64,000 nt of DNA from Eledone cirrhosa (taxonomy: Eukaryota), in assembly GCA_964016885.1 (NCBI GenBank), contig CAXHJY010000503.1:1-64000 (forward strand). The letters run 5' to 3'. Below are positions 38,284-53,035 of this stretch, in pieces. Both the position numbers and the translations under genes were made by a program. Positions within the stretch are counted from its first letter, which is position 1, and each line of letters opens with the position of its first letter. Under the pieces are notes generated by a model, which searched no databases, was not told the origin of the DNA, and saw only the letters and a program-made list of their open reading frames with translations.

Positions 38284-38614
38284 TTATATTTCTTTCTTTC
38301 CTTCTTTCTTTCTATTTTTGTCTCTCTATTCCATCTATCTCTTGTTCACTTCTGCCCCCTCTCTATTTCTCTCTCTATTTCTTCTATCTCTTGCTCTCCT
38401 CATCCTCTTTCTTTTTCTCTATCTCTCTCTCTCTATCGCTCTCCCTTTGTCTCTGTCTCTCTCTCTATCTCCCTCTCTCTTTTTCACACACACTCCACCC
38501 TCTCTCAATCGGTTATGTTATGGCATGAAGAAGGTCGGTCATGGCTGGCCACTCACAACATCATTTTCTCCAGAAATATACAAGAGATAGTGTTGGGGAA
38601 ACGCCATCTCATCT

Positions 38615-39053
<439 letters not shown>

Positions 39054-39109
39054 CGTGTGTGTGTGCGTGCGTGTGTGTGTGGGGGGGGGGTGTATGTGTG
39101 TATGTGTGT

Positions 39110-39206
<97 letters not shown>

Positions 39207-39218
39207 TTTATTATGGCT

Positions 39219-39366
39219 AAATAGTGAATCTTGTTTACTTTGGAGTTTCGTTTCGCCTGTTTATCACAAAGACATCAGAGAAGAACTCACTATTTAGGCC
39301 GTAATGAAATGAACTCTACTTCGACATTAAGTACTCTTTTCTCTCAGTGGTCAACCGCATACGGAT
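39219..39366. mobile_element. Family E element, degenerate, head-to-head
   Basis: Homologous to 45803-45955 and 63711-63830. Confidence 0.7.
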
Positions 39367-39961
39367 ATATATATATTTATATGTATGCGTGTGCGTGTCT
39401 AATACCTGCGTCTGTAACTCCTTAAAATTTACGCATACAAACACACATCAAATTTATTTCCTATTTCAGTCATGTTGTTTCAATAAGAAGTTCGCTTCCC
39501 AATCACACGATCCTGGTTTCTAACCCTATACTTGTCCTTGTAAATAGTTATTTCCCCAAAGTTACTTATATTAAACCGGCATGCCATTTGTATATACGAG
39601 CGTATACGTTGACCATTTATCTAATTCTTCTTCGTCCACTTATTCCTGAGAGGGTCGTGGGGGCAGAGTCCTCAAACACTTCTTCCAGCGGGTCCTGTCA
39701 GAAGCAACCGTCTCCAACTGATCCGGCTGGATCCACAAACGTGAATTTATCTAATTATATCCTCGAAATAAATTATCAAAATATCATTTTGATCTTTAAT
39801 CACTTCCACATACCAGTATTTAACATAAACTGTGAGGTTCTCTTATGTAAACACTTAATTTATAGAAAGGTTCAAATATGCAGTAATCCTGGTATATATG
39901 GTATACCAATCCTCGACTCCTACAACTAAATACATTCAACGATATAACCGTCACTATTGTG

Positions 39962-40146
39962 GTTGGCAGTATCGGTAGCGGGTCGGACGCCATGCTTTTC
40001 AGCATAGAGTTACGGCCCTTAATGGTCTGAGTTCAAATCCTGCCGAGGTTAACTTTGCCTTTCATCCTTACGGGGTCGATAAAATAAAGTACCAGTAATA
40101 CACTGGGATAATTGCTGGCCTTGTGCCAAAAGCAGAAACAATTATT
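39962..40146 (+). mobile_element. Main-family SINE
   Basis: A box, B box, core and tail as in the other copies. Confidence 0.85.
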
Positions 40147-40504
40147 GGGTTACTGGCCCGTTTTTTTAAAATAAGAAATGCTTGATAAATGTTTACCTAT
40201 GTTGCTGAGAGAGTTAATGAAAAGTTTTCTAGAAATAGTAACCAAATCTTCCTCAAATTACGTGCTTCTGCCCAAGAGAAGTACACATTGGATGCCCTGC
40301 GCCTGGGAAAAAGACATATTGGTCTCAGCAGAATACCTTGTTTCATAGGTTTGGTCTCTAAGAACTCAACAACATATATGATGATAACACTAGTAGATGG
40401 AACCCATTTACTCTAGAGAGCTTAAGCTATTTCTGAGCAAAGTGATTTGGTTATAAACATACAGCCTCGATCATCTAAGTCAAGTCAACTTATGAAGTGA
40501 ATAT

Positions 40505-40547
40505 GCTTCGCTGAAGAGATCTACTATGATCGAAACATGTTCGCAGC
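40505..40547 (+). ncRNA. Minimal type I hammerhead ribozyme
   Basis: GCUUCG-CUGAAGA-GAUC-UACUAU-GAUC-GAAA-CAU-GUU|CGCAGC: intact core, G10.1-C11.1 pair, palindromic ACAUGU stem III, stem I 5/6 paired. Confidence 0.8.
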
Positions 40548-40850
40548 TTTCACCATTTTGGCTTCTAGTTAAGGTCTATTTCTACTGTCTTAAAAAATTT
40601 GAATCGGTCAATGAGAATTATCTTGCTTGCTTATTACTTTCACCGAAAAAGCCCTAAAGGGAGTTTCGGTCATAAAATTGCGACGATAGTCTCGATTAAT
40701 TGGAGTTCTTTTCCCCGCGCACCATATTCCGACAGCGACACACAATTTGTATGTATGTAGCACTTCCATGAGGCATTTTCGTTCTAATCGTCTCTCTCTC
40801 TCTCACACACACACACGCACACAAATATATATATATATAAAGAAGTACGC

Positions 40851-41252
40851 TAGCAGCTGAAGTGTACGATAAAGTTATGTCCGTGTACATACAGAGAGTG
40901 TGACCAAGGCTGCATCAATGTGTTATAAATATACACAAACTTAATATGTAGGCATGTGTACAATCCAGAAAATAAAATTTTCCTGTAAATTAAAAAGCAT
41001 GATAAACACCTTTAATCGACTATCGGACCTAATTGGGCCCTCATCAGAATGTGTGCTTATCATCCAATCAACCACATGGAACATGTATTTCGTGGGCTTA
41101 TATAACCATTCGTTCTAAGTATTAATCTGAAATGGATATACTAATTTGTATATAATTAGTGCTGGTGTTGGTAATTAATTTAGCAGCCGAAGTGTACGAT
41201 AAAGATATCTGCATACATAGAATGTGTAACCGAGACTGTCCCAATGTGTATA
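40851..41252 (-). mobile_element. Family L: about 330-nt unit with diverged terminal direct repeat and hammerhead (41007-41053)
   Basis: TAGCAGCYGAAGTGTACGATAAAG at 40851 and 41181; minus strand CACAUU-CUGAUGA-GGGCC-CAAUUA-GGUCC-GAUA-GUCGA-UUA|AAGGUG (one core substitution). Confidence 0.7.
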
Positions 41253-41640
41253 TATTCTTCTGCAGCCAATTCCGTCTCCAAGCAGATTTCATATCATGTT
41301 TACTAATGCGCAGCCATACACCGTGGCTGATACCTCTTGGTCAACTACAATGCTGAACAGGTGTAATTGCCGCGCATGCAGTGCATCTTTCAACTTCCAT
41401 CTTTTTGACCGAGCTACAATTCGATGTCAAACAAAAACTCAAGTTAAGCGCTTGACATTTGGATTGTTGTAATTCTACCACAAGACATTGTGGCTGGCAG
41501 AAAATAATCTCTCGCATTCTATAAAAGGTTGATAAAGGATATGATCGACGATGGTCTAGGAACGATTCTCTTTTTTCTTTACTACTTTCAGGCTGGCGAT
41601 AATGTTATCACTTGCTGGCTGGAAATATATATATATATAT

Positions 41641-42022
<382 letters not shown>

Positions 42023-43362
42023 TATACATATATATCTATTTTCTTTTCTTTTTTTCTATATGTTATCACTTACTGGTCTATCCAGCTATCCGGCGAGTCA
42101 AACTTGAAGATTCATCTGCCGCCTTCTTTTGTCAAAGAAGTGTGAGTAGCCTTCCTCTGTCTGGTGACAATGCCAAACAAAGTTGCATGATGAACATGGT
42201 TAGAAGGTTTGAAGACAGGTATTTCCCTCTAAGGTCAAGAAGTCATCAACTTCTTCGAGTGAAGGCTGAACCGGATGTGATGTCCGATAGTAAAATTCAT
42301 GAAAGTTGAGTGAGAACAGAGATTCACGTGGCTAAATGAATCTACTTTAACTATGCACTGTAGAATGGCGGTAAGTAACGGGAACCAAGCAGAGTAATCC
42401 GAAGTTGTATGTGGCTGCCTTATCTTTTATTTTGTTACATTGTAGATTTATATTTTTTATTGTTTTCGATTTCTTAACAAATTTAATACCAACCCTTCGG
42501 AAAGTACATTAGTTTTATTATACAAAACTGTCCATTTAAAATGTTCGTACATAATATTAAAATCTTCCATCAGATTGTATCCAATAATCTTTTGTTAAGA
42601 CATCAGCTTACTAATGGAAGTTAATTATTTTATTATTTCTAAAATAAATTGAAACAGACAGTGTATTTCATTAGAAATACGTTAGCACAAGCGTTAATAT
42701 ATCTTTACTGTTTTACTGAATGTAAATATACACTGTTTCTAATTCTTACACGAACATTTTATTTTATTATCTGTAATACATAAACATATTATGTCAACTA
42801 TATTTTACAAAATGAAGTTATACTCTGGTACTTGTTTTCCTTTGTATTTCGCATCTTGTACTGTCTTCGACCCTTATGGCCAATAAAACAAATCGTTATT
42901 ATTATAATTATAATCATATAACTAGCACAGTTAACCTTTCAACCAGGACTTATGTCTATCGGTCGTAGTTAACACCGTTAGTTCGCGTCATTCTACTGGC
43001 CACACCCACCTACTACTCAGGCACACTGCTTAGCACCTATCACGGCTAACCTGTTCGTACCCGTTCTGTTGTATTCTATTCTTCCCTCTACCCAGTGTGC
43101 GATGAGGAGAGGGCGGGCAGAGAGAGAGAGAGACAACCCGTCAATTGGCTGTTAAGAGTCTACAAGTACCAGCGGGTTGCATTAGTGGTTGCACCTATGT
43201 TTCCTTATATTAATGTGTATGTATGTATATATGTATGTATGTACGTATGCATGTATGTATTCATGAATATATATATTATGATGTCTACCTGTTATTATTC
43301 ATTCTTTATATATATATATATATATTTGTGTGTGTGTGAGAGTGTGTATGTGTGTATGTATG

Positions 43363-43424
<62 letters not shown>

Positions 43425-43426
43425 CA

Positions 43427-43472
<46 letters not shown>

Positions 43473-43596
43473 AAGTTAACGAGGTATCGTGGGTTGGGTA
43501 TCAATTGTAATTAAAATCGAGTGACGTAGCATTTTACGAACACCGGTTTTTAGACACACCAGACTAATGAAACGTTTGATAATACTTTGTTATTCT

Positions 43597-43659
<63 letters not shown>

Positions 43660-43747
43660 ATACTCTACTATCTCAACTATCGTGTATTCTGTTGAATAAA
43701 AGTCTTAGTTTAAAACTGGTTCAATCCTTTTATATATATATATATAT

Positions 43748-43936
43748 AGGAAAATGTATGACCCCGACGGCAGAGCTCAAGCCGTTTCGACGGCCACTTC
43801 TGTCCAGAAATAGCCGTCGAAACGGCTTGAGCTCTGCCGTCGGGGTCATACATTTTCCTATTACCCACTCTACTACCCTAAGTATTGAGTACTCTGGTGC
43901 GTTATGGTCCATCTGGTTCCTTACCACAACTCCTTC

Positions 43937-43940
<4 letters not shown>
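43748..43940. mobile_element. Family C element, head-to-head
   Basis: About 50-bp inverted arms plus the family tail; TA flanks. Confidence 0.85.
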
Positions 43941-43998
<58 letters not shown>

Positions 43999-44155
43999 GT
44001 GAGCGTACCAAACACAGAAAATGATTGCAATAACAGTCTATCACTATAAGTAATAGTTGAGCAACTTGTACAAAATAACTTTTGGGACGGGAAAACGTGA
44101 ACAGAAGCGCCCACAGAATATCAATTAGTTATTCGATTAATCCCGATGCTTCGTA

Positions 44156-44245
<90 letters not shown>

Positions 44246-44541
44246 GAGGGGAGACGGGCTGGAATGTTCATAGGCTGACTATGAAGGATTGATGCAAGAG
44301 CTGTCAAATCTTATATGTATTAATTTCAACTCTTATTAATAACTGCATTGTTTCTTTCCAGAGACAATGTTGAAAAATACACCGTCTTTGGTTATTCCAT
44401 GAGGGTAACCTAGTCAGCCAAATACAGTGAAAGCGTGATTTTTAGAATACAGCAGCAACCAACAATTCTGTAAATAGAATTAAAGGTTTTCTCTGTATTT
44501 CGCCTACAGAAAATATTCTAACAAGGCATATGAATCCACAA

Positions 44542-44693
44542 AACGGAAACAGCGGACATCTGCACGTATAGGAATGGAACCCACACCTCTTATTGTCCGG
44601 AAAAGGTTGGTGTAATCGGACTAGTACACTGATCCGGACATTAAGTGGTGTGGGTTCGATACCCATACGTGCTGATGCCGATTATTTTCCGTT
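44542..44693. repeat. Imperfect palindrome built from a tRNA-like sequence
   Basis: 44542-44601 is the reverse complement of 44633-44693; the plus strand has A box TGGTGTAATCGG and B box GGTTCGATACCC. Confidence 0.65.
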
Positions 44694-45104
44694 ACGGGGT
44701 GGGGGGGGGGGGGTCATATGTCCTGTTAGACTATTTTTCGTAGTCAAAATACGGTGAAAGTTTCTATATATACGTTGAAGATAATTCTTTTCCTTTTTCC
44801 TGTATGTTGTAGCCTAATAGTGTTTTCTAATCTAGACCCGACGGGGGCGGGGGATTTGTGACGAGGAGAGAGATTTTTCCGATCCCTGTGTTGGTACTTT
44901 ATTATATCGACCCTGGAAGGATGAAAGGCAAAGTTGACCTCGGCAGGATTAGAACTTAGAATGTGAAGAGCAGGAACAAATGCTGCAAAGCATTATATTC
45001 GACACTACAACGATTCTGTCAATTCAAAGCCCTAAGCCTTAACATAGTAATACATTTTGTATTTGTTCTCCTCGTTTGTCTTTTGTTATTAATCTTGCAA
45101 GTGT

Positions 45105-45219
<115 letters not shown>

Positions 45220-45239
45220 TCTGTGCTTCTGAGACCGAG

Positions 45240-45359
45240 GAGACCACTAATCATGTGAATACTCAATACATGGGGAGATGTAGAGTGGGTATAGAGATAT
45301 GTAAAATCCCGATCTCGACGCCAAGCGGTTTCGACACTTGTGTGTTCAGTAGAATTTTA

Positions 45360-45366
<7 letters not shown>
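45240..45366. mobile_element. Family G element (minus arm plus short plus arm)
   Basis: Minus strand ACAC-ACAA-GUGU-C-GAAACCGCUU, then the bulged stem-loop at 45261-45286; homologous to 14700-14770. Confidence 0.65.
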
Positions 45367-45455
<89 letters not shown>

Positions 45456-45457
<2 letters not shown>

Positions 45458-45760
45458 TTTAATGTATAATAAACAATACAGTATAATTACCTCATTACCA
45501 GAGGTTTCCCGAATAAGACGAATACAAGAAACGTCCGCATTCGTTCGTCAGACAAGGAGATTTTTCAAATATTTCACTATGTTTTAAATTCCCTTGTCTG
45601 ACGAACGAATGCGGACGTTTCTTGTATTCGTCTTATTCGGGAAACCTCTGGTAATGAGGTAATTATACTGTATTGTTTATTATACATTAAATATTTAGCT
45701 CTGTAACTTACATAGAGCACTCTTCATTACACTAACTTTTTCAATTTTCAACGGAAACTT

Positions 45761-45770
<10 letters not shown>
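45456..45770. mobile_element. Family F element: 102-bp perfect inverted arms with a hammerhead in each
   Basis: 45456-45557 vs 45592-45693 are reverse complements; TA flanks. Confidence 0.88.
45592..45659 (+). ncRNA. Type I hammerhead ribozyme (family F); mirror copy at 45490-45557 on the minus strand
   Basis: CCUUGU-CUGACGA-(A)CGAAU..GGACG..CGUCU..AUUCG(G)-GAAA-CC-UCU-G-GUA|AUGAGG. Confidence 0.82.
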
Positions 45771-45802
<32 letters not shown>

Positions 45803-45809
<7 letters not shown>

Positions 45810-45955
45810 TGTTACTCTGGTGTTTCGTATGTTTATCACAAGATCATCAGACAAGAACAAGAGTTCTTGTCTGATGATTCTTAATAAAATGAATATTAAA
45901 ACTCTATTTCGGTATTGAGTACTCTTTTCTCTCACCCATCAACCGCTTGCGGATA
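45803..45955. mobile_element. Family E element, head-to-head, with minus-strand hammerhead (45807-45856)
   Basis: UCUUGU-CUGAUGA-..UGU-GAUAA-ACA..-GAAA-C-ACCAGA-GUA|ACAAGA; junction palindrome ATCATCAGACAAGAAC/GTTCTTGTCTGATGAT. Confidence 0.75.
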
Positions 45956-46258
45956 TATATATATATATATATACATGTGTGTGTGTGTATGTGTGTCTGT
46001 GCCTATGTCTGTTATGTTTACTGATTGTATGTCCACCAGTTAGCGGTTCGTCAATAAGAGATCGATAAAATAAGCACTAGGTTCGAAAACATACGTGTTG
46101 ATCACCATAGATGGAGGAAATCCATTGACAGGGGTGCCCTGACATAACTGCAGTCCAATGACTGAAACAAATGAAATAATTCAAGCGTGATACTAATAAA
46201 ACTTTATGTCGTTGTATCTCTGTTTCAACTGACATTTCTTGGACTATAATATATATAT

Positions 46259-46586
46259 AAGAAAGAGGGTGTGGTAAGATACCAGGTGGACCATAACGCA
46301 TCAGAGTACTCGATAGAAAGGGGAGTAGAGTGGGTAATAGGAAAGGAGTCAGTTCGGATCTAGCTGTCGAAACGGTCGGAGCTCAGCCGTCGGATCCTGA
46401 CTCCTTTTCATATATATATAGGAACAAGTAGGACCCCGACGGCTGAGCTCAAGCCGTTTCGACGGCTAATTCTGGACTCGTCCAGAATTAGCCGTCGAAA
46501 CGGTTTGAGCTCAAATGTTTTAAATCTACTACTTGAGTACTTTGTTGCGTTATGGTCCATCTGGTTCCTTACCACATTTCCTTCGT

Positions 46587-46588
<2 letters not shown>
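46259..46588. mobile_element. Two adjacent family C insertions (46259-46409, 46419-46588) separated by a short TA run
   Basis: Each has a minus arm then a plus arm; the hammerhead 3' halves read GAAACGGUC and GAAACGGUU. Confidence 0.8.
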
Positions 46589-46628
<40 letters not shown>

Positions 46629-46710
46629 TCAGGCTGGATTCAGTTTGAACTGTTTAGACCATTACTCAACAGCGATTCTTTGCTTAAACTTTAATCTGTT
46701 ATTTTAATAA

Positions 46711-46782
<72 letters not shown>

Positions 46783-46948
46783 ATTCTACTTTTAAAAAGC
46801 AGAAGAACTGCGAAACCGGTAAAGGAACCAAATAAATATATTTAAAAAAAAAAAGTTTCCAATTGCATTTTCGATTTAATCTTTTTTCCTTATACTTTCA
46901 CTCGTGTAGGACACCTCGTTTTTTTTTCATTTTGTAAAAAAACCTCAC

Positions 46949-47034
<86 letters not shown>

Positions 47035-47150
47035 AAGAGGGTGTAGTAAGATACCAGGTGGACTATAACGTACCAGAGTACTCAATACTTAAGGTAGTAG
47101 ACGCACACACACACACATACAGAGAAATACACACGCACATATATATATAT

Positions 47151-47195
<45 letters not shown>

Positions 47196-47529
47196 TTCTC
47201 TGTATGCATGCATGTGAGTGAGTGTCTGTGTGTGTTTATTATTTTTTTTTTCTGTGTTTTTGTTTGACAACTACATACATCTCTTGACTATTAAATGAAG
47301 TCAGCTGTAACGCCCACCACAAGACCACACCCATATTTTCCCCCACCCACAACTAAGGTTCGACTTTTACAACCTGAAAGCCTCACCTGTTTCTCTTAGT
47401 CTTCAGTTTTGTTTTTAAAAAAAGAAAAATTTCTCTTCTTTCTTCTCTTTCTTTTGTTCCTTTTTTGCTTTTCTTTTCCTTTTTTTTTTGTTTTTCTTTT
47501 TCTGAAGGTGAAGTTGTCGCTGTTTTCAT

Positions 47530-47850
47530 CGCTATCATCATCACCTTCATCACCATTATTTATCATCATTATCAACACCACTACCAACCACCACCATCAT
47601 CATCATTACCACCACCACCACCACCACCACCATCATCATCATTATCATCATCAACAACACCACCACCACCACCATTACCATGATGATGATCATCAAATTC
47701 ATCATCATCATCGTCGTCGTCGTCTTCGTCAACAACATCATCATCAGCATGATCATCATTGTCGTCTTCGTCATCATCATCACCATCACCATCATTATCA
47801 TCGTCGTTGTCGTTGTCATCATCGTCGTCATCAGCATCACCATAATTGTT
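47530..47850. repeat. Mixed (CAT/CAC/CGT)n trinucleotide low-complexity tract
   Basis: Direct reading. Confidence 0.9.
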
Positions 47851-47905
47851 ACTATTAAAGTTATTATCGTCATGTATCGATATAATCAGCCGTTTCCCTT
47901 TCCTC

Positions 47906-49473
47906 TAAATCCCACCCAAGTTAACTTTGCCTTTCATCCTTACGGGGTCGATAAAATAAAGTACCAGTAATGTACTGGTATTTGCTGGCCTTGTGCCAAA
48001 AAGTAGAAACAATTAAAACCATTACTATATGTTTTCTTGTTGATGTCGTTGCTTCTATTCTTTTTCTTGCTATATAATTGACCTTCCCCTACCCAAAATT
48101 ACTGACCTTGCGTCTAATGCAGAATCGGTAGAGGGTCGGACACCATGCTTTGCAGCATAGAGTTACGGCCCTTTACGGTCTGAGTTCAAATCCCACTGAG
48201 GTTAACTTTGTCTTTCATCCTTACAGGGTCGATAAAATAAAGTACCAGTAATGTACTGGGATAATTGCTGGCCTTGTGCCAAAAGTAGAAACAATTATTT
48301 GTTTACATAAATTTGTTGATGGGTGGACTTGATCAAGGCTAACTTGTGGGTTAAACAACCATAATTCTTGCAGAAGAATATCTTAACTTTTAAAGATATA
48401 CTAATGGAACTTGCTTGCTATTGTTGCCTCGGATCAACCCTGATAGAAGAGACATATAATCAAAGGCGTTCCAGTGACCATCCAGCCATTTTGTATTTCT
48501 ATGACAACAGTGTCCAATATCTTTCCTTTCTTTTTAAACGGTTGTAGGTCAAGCGATGACCTAAAGCGGTATTTGGGAACCTATATAATTAATATTTGTT
48601 TGTTTTTGTTTTTACTTTTCATAAGGCGGTCGGTTGATTAGCAGAATAGTTTGAAGGATATTTGTTCCGGCTTTTTGCGCTCTGAGTTTAATTTGTACGA
48701 AGGTCAGTCAACAGAATTAGCAACGCTGCGCTATGAATGGGTCGTGGAGAAACGTTTCTAAGGGTGAATATCTTGGCTAGAATCCATTTTCATAGGAAGC
48801 GTACTATAAAACCCATCCTTATGATATTTCTATGATTTTGAAATTGTTTTGAAAATAATCAAGAATTTGGTTGGTTATAATAAGCTATGTACCCTTCTGT
48901 GTTTAAGCTGGTATAAGGTGGTGGATTAACAGATCGTTAGAGTCGTTAGAACGTCAGATAGAATGCTTTATGGTATTCGTTCCGGCTCTCTGCTCTCTGA
49001 GTTCAAATCCCGCCGAGGTTAACTTTGCCTTTCATCCTTTCGAGGTCGATAAAAAAGTACCAGTCGAGTACTGGGGTCGATTCTTCCTCTATATCTCTTT
49101 CTCATTTTCTCTCTCACTTCCTATCTTTCTGTATTCAGGCCTGGACAGGGATGGGCTCCGCAAGGCTTAAAATGCCCAAGAAACACCGTATATCAATACG
49201 GTTCCCCCACGACTCTATCAGGAGTTACGGAACGATACATACATAAGGTGGTGGGTTGACAGATTCGTTAGAGCGTTTGACAAAATGTTTTGTGGCATTT
49301 AGTTACGGCTCTTTGTGTTCTGAGTTCAAATCTCTCTAACTCTAAGATCAACTTTGACTTTCTTCCTTCTGAGGTCTATAAAATAAAGTATCAGTAAAGT
49401 ACTGGAGTCGATATAATCGTCTTTCCTACCCACCACAAATTTCTGGCCTTGTGCCTAAATTAGAAATCATTAT
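47906..49473 (+). mobile_element. Cluster of main-family SINEs (47906-48014, 48121-48298, 48916-49230, 49246-49473)
   Basis: Repeated B box, core and tail. Confidence 0.8.
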
Positions 49474-50496
49474 TAAGTTGATGTTTGGAACATAGCTTAA
49501 CAAATGTTCTTATATAAAATTGTGGTAGGAAGATTTTTGAGAAATATAAACAGTTTAATATTATAAAACCAGATGCTATTTCATGTAGTTTGGTATCGAA
49601 AGGGATAATGTGAAATGAGACTGCCCGTCACACCAATCACTATGTAAGGGTCACAAGCAAATACAGTTGATAAGTTGGTATCAACTTATCAGTGTAGTTT
49701 GGTCACAAGTTGAACAGGCTGGTAATTAGAAAATACAAGACCTAATGTTTGGTCACTAAAGGTTCTCAAAGTTTTTGGGACGCCGCCCCGCTCATAGCTA
49801 CGTAATACCCTCAGCGCCCACAGCCCCTGTTTCCAGAGAAACCTACCTACAAGCAAATTGTAAATGATATATAATAAATAAAATCGTTAATGTATATATA
49901 ATAAATAATATAATATATACTATGTATAAATATTATATATTTTTTATTTTACTATATCTATATATATTATGTATCATTTGATATTTAATATACTTTTATA
50001 TCATCTCTAGGGCACACCCACCACCTCCTTATCCCAGCGACCGCTGGACCTTCGCAATGCCCCCCGGGGTGGTAGTCCCCATTTTGAGACCCTCTGATTT
50101 ATAGGTCTGGCCGATCAGGGATGATCTGGAGCTCATCAACAACAACACAACAATAACAACAACAACAGCTACTACAGCGATTAAGAGCCAAGAAGAGAAC
50201 CTCAAGCAAGTCTCTTTACCTGCTAGAAAGAGCAGTCAGACCTTTTTTGAAATCACACCACATCATATAAGAGAAAGAGTGACACATGTAGTCGTGTATG
50301 TAAGTATGGACTTGTAACTTTTGATGGAGCCGGAGGGGTATCGTTGAGACATACTTTAAACTTGGTAGAGCCCATACCATCTTCAGGTCTGAACATGAAC
50401 AAAGCTGAGAGTTCTAGAGAAAGGGAGATTCATTGACTGAGCTAGACACTGGCCAGTGAACGCTGCATTTATACCAGCGATCTTCGTTACTTTTGT

Positions 50497-50547
<51 letters not shown>

Positions 50548-50611
50548 AAGGTATATATATAATAAAGGTATATATATATATATATATATAATAAAGGTAT
50601 ATATATATAAT

Positions 50612-50684
<73 letters not shown>

Positions 50685-51007
50685 TATATATATATAATAA
50701 GGGTTGACGGACCCAGCATATTTATCAATGCCAGTACCAGTTGTATCTCAGCGCACTCCATGGGCAATGTAAGATACATTCCCAGAGTATACACAAAGTT
50801 ATTTGCTTCAACACAAGACACGTAAATGGGTGCCTATAAGGTTCCCGGACTCTAGTTTCTGCCGCACTAATACAGCAGTAAGGTGTACTGCACCATCTGT
50901 TTGCATATATTATGCAACAATGCACTATATATATATACATGAGAAAGAGAAAGAGGGCATAACTTTATTCACCTAAACATTTACTCTTGTACCCTTGTTA
51001 TATATAT

Positions 51008-51190
51008 GTTAGTCCCGGGTCCAATCGGGTGTAACCACAGTAAGGTAATCAATACATAGTAGAGTATATACAAGATTTAATATAGAAATGGCTTCTACAG
51101 GATTAGAACTATTTCATTCGATGGAAATCACCATCATGATTTCTTTCGAATGAAACAGTTCTAGTCCTATTTCTATATTAAATCTTATAT
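51008..51190. mobile_element. Family D element, head-to-head
   Basis: GTAACCACAGTAAGG..CAATACATAGTAGAGTATA and inverted AGAACTATTTCATTCG/CGAATGAAACAGTTCT. Confidence 0.7.
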
Positions 51191-51355
51191 ATATATAAGA
51201 CAAACCACAAACCCTCCATCTCAATTTTACTTTTGAAAAGAATAAGAACTGTGAAACCGGTAAAGGCAGTAACTAACTATTCTTAAAAAGACTCCAGTTG
51301 CATTTCCTCTTTTTTTCCTCTTTTTTTCCTCTTTTTTTCCTCTTTTTTTCCTCCT

Positions 51356-51423
<68 letters not shown>

Positions 51424-51432
51424 TGTATGTGC

Positions 51433-51472
<40 letters not shown>

Positions 51473-53035
51473 GCGATAGCGGCACTCCGTCGGTTACGAC
51501 GATGAGTGTTCCAATTGATACGATCAACAGAACAGCATGCTCGTGAAATTAACGTGAAAATGGCTGAAGATTCCACAAACACAGGTACCCATAACGTATT
51601 CTGGGGGAGATTCAGAGAAGGTGACAAGGTACATCTCATTTTAGCCTGCTGAATTTACAGAAAAATGAGAAAACTCATCGCTAGAGCAGCCGTTAAAGCA
51701 GCCAAATGCTGTCAATGACACCAATAGGCAAAAATACCTCAGAGGACAGAGACCAGCGGCCAGTGATCAACAGAGAGAGAGACAATCCATGCGGTGGGTG
51801 ACAGGCAGATGAAATATAGAAATGACTGAAAGAGTAGGCGGACAAGAAGAAGTGTGTTGGCGCATAGAAGTGACTGGAAGAAATAAATAAAGAAAGGCTA
51901 TATATATACATATATATTATAGTTGAAACAGAAAACAAAAAAACAAAACAACAACGAGGAAGCGAAGAGTCAGTACAAAATGTTAATATATATATCAAGT
52001 GAAAACAATGGGACGGAACAAAGGAACAAATACACACAACCGACGATACAAACACATAAATTCGATCTTTAGCCATCTATTCTGGGTTGACTTTCGGCAG
52101 TAAGGTTCGTAGCCAACATATAATCTAGAAATTTGCTGCAATGACCAGTCAAACTAAACTAGTGACTGCCAGAAAAATAAGAGACAAGACGAGATGGCAG
52201 CGACCAAGCAAAATAGGTAGGTACCTGCATGAAAACTAAGAAACAATATGAACGACGCGACCAAATATACATGTACGAAAATGGCGTATAATCGTTAGAT
52301 TACACACGATAACACGGTAGAAAAGTCGAAGTCATACCTTGGTAATAAAACACAGACACTAACATACACACATACGCAACTACAGTAAGTGTTACTTGAT
52401 TAATACATCGAAACAGAATTGATCGTTAAACCAGATAACACAGAAACAAAACACAGGAAAGAACGCTGTAGGAATGAAACCGGCCTTTATAACCTCGATG
52501 AAGAGATGCGTGCTACTCCTAGGGCAGACACGTGTGGAAATATTGGGCCTATCCATGCAAGTAATTGTCGGCCGCTGAACGTTTTTACGGAGTTTGCGTT
52601 TTCTTTTAATTTTCTTTTCGTTCCTCTACACATGAAATGTGCGTATATGAAAATATATATTCCTTTACCCTTTCTTAAATCAGTGCTCTCTTTAACACTA
52701 TATAACTATAGTGGTGGAGCCTGAAGAAAATTATTAATCGTTTTTTTTTTTGTTTTAGTCAAATGCTTTTAAATATTTTCATACATTTAATTATTTATTG
52801 TTATTGATATTATCGGTTGCTTTGTAACATAGAGTTATGGCCCTTTACGTTCTGAGTTCAAATTCCACCGTGACGAGCTTTACGGGGTTCGAAAAATAAA
52901 GTACCAGTAACACACAGGGGTCGGTTTAATTGATTCCCCTTTCCTTCAAAATGACGGCCCTGTGCCAAATGTAGAAGCAATTATTTCTATATACATACTC
53001 CCAAACTTACCCCTCCAAATGACGGTAACACTATA

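Noticed and set aside
47409-47970. His-rich and Ile/Val-rich ORFs
   Set aside because: Mixed trinucleotide low-complexity tract.
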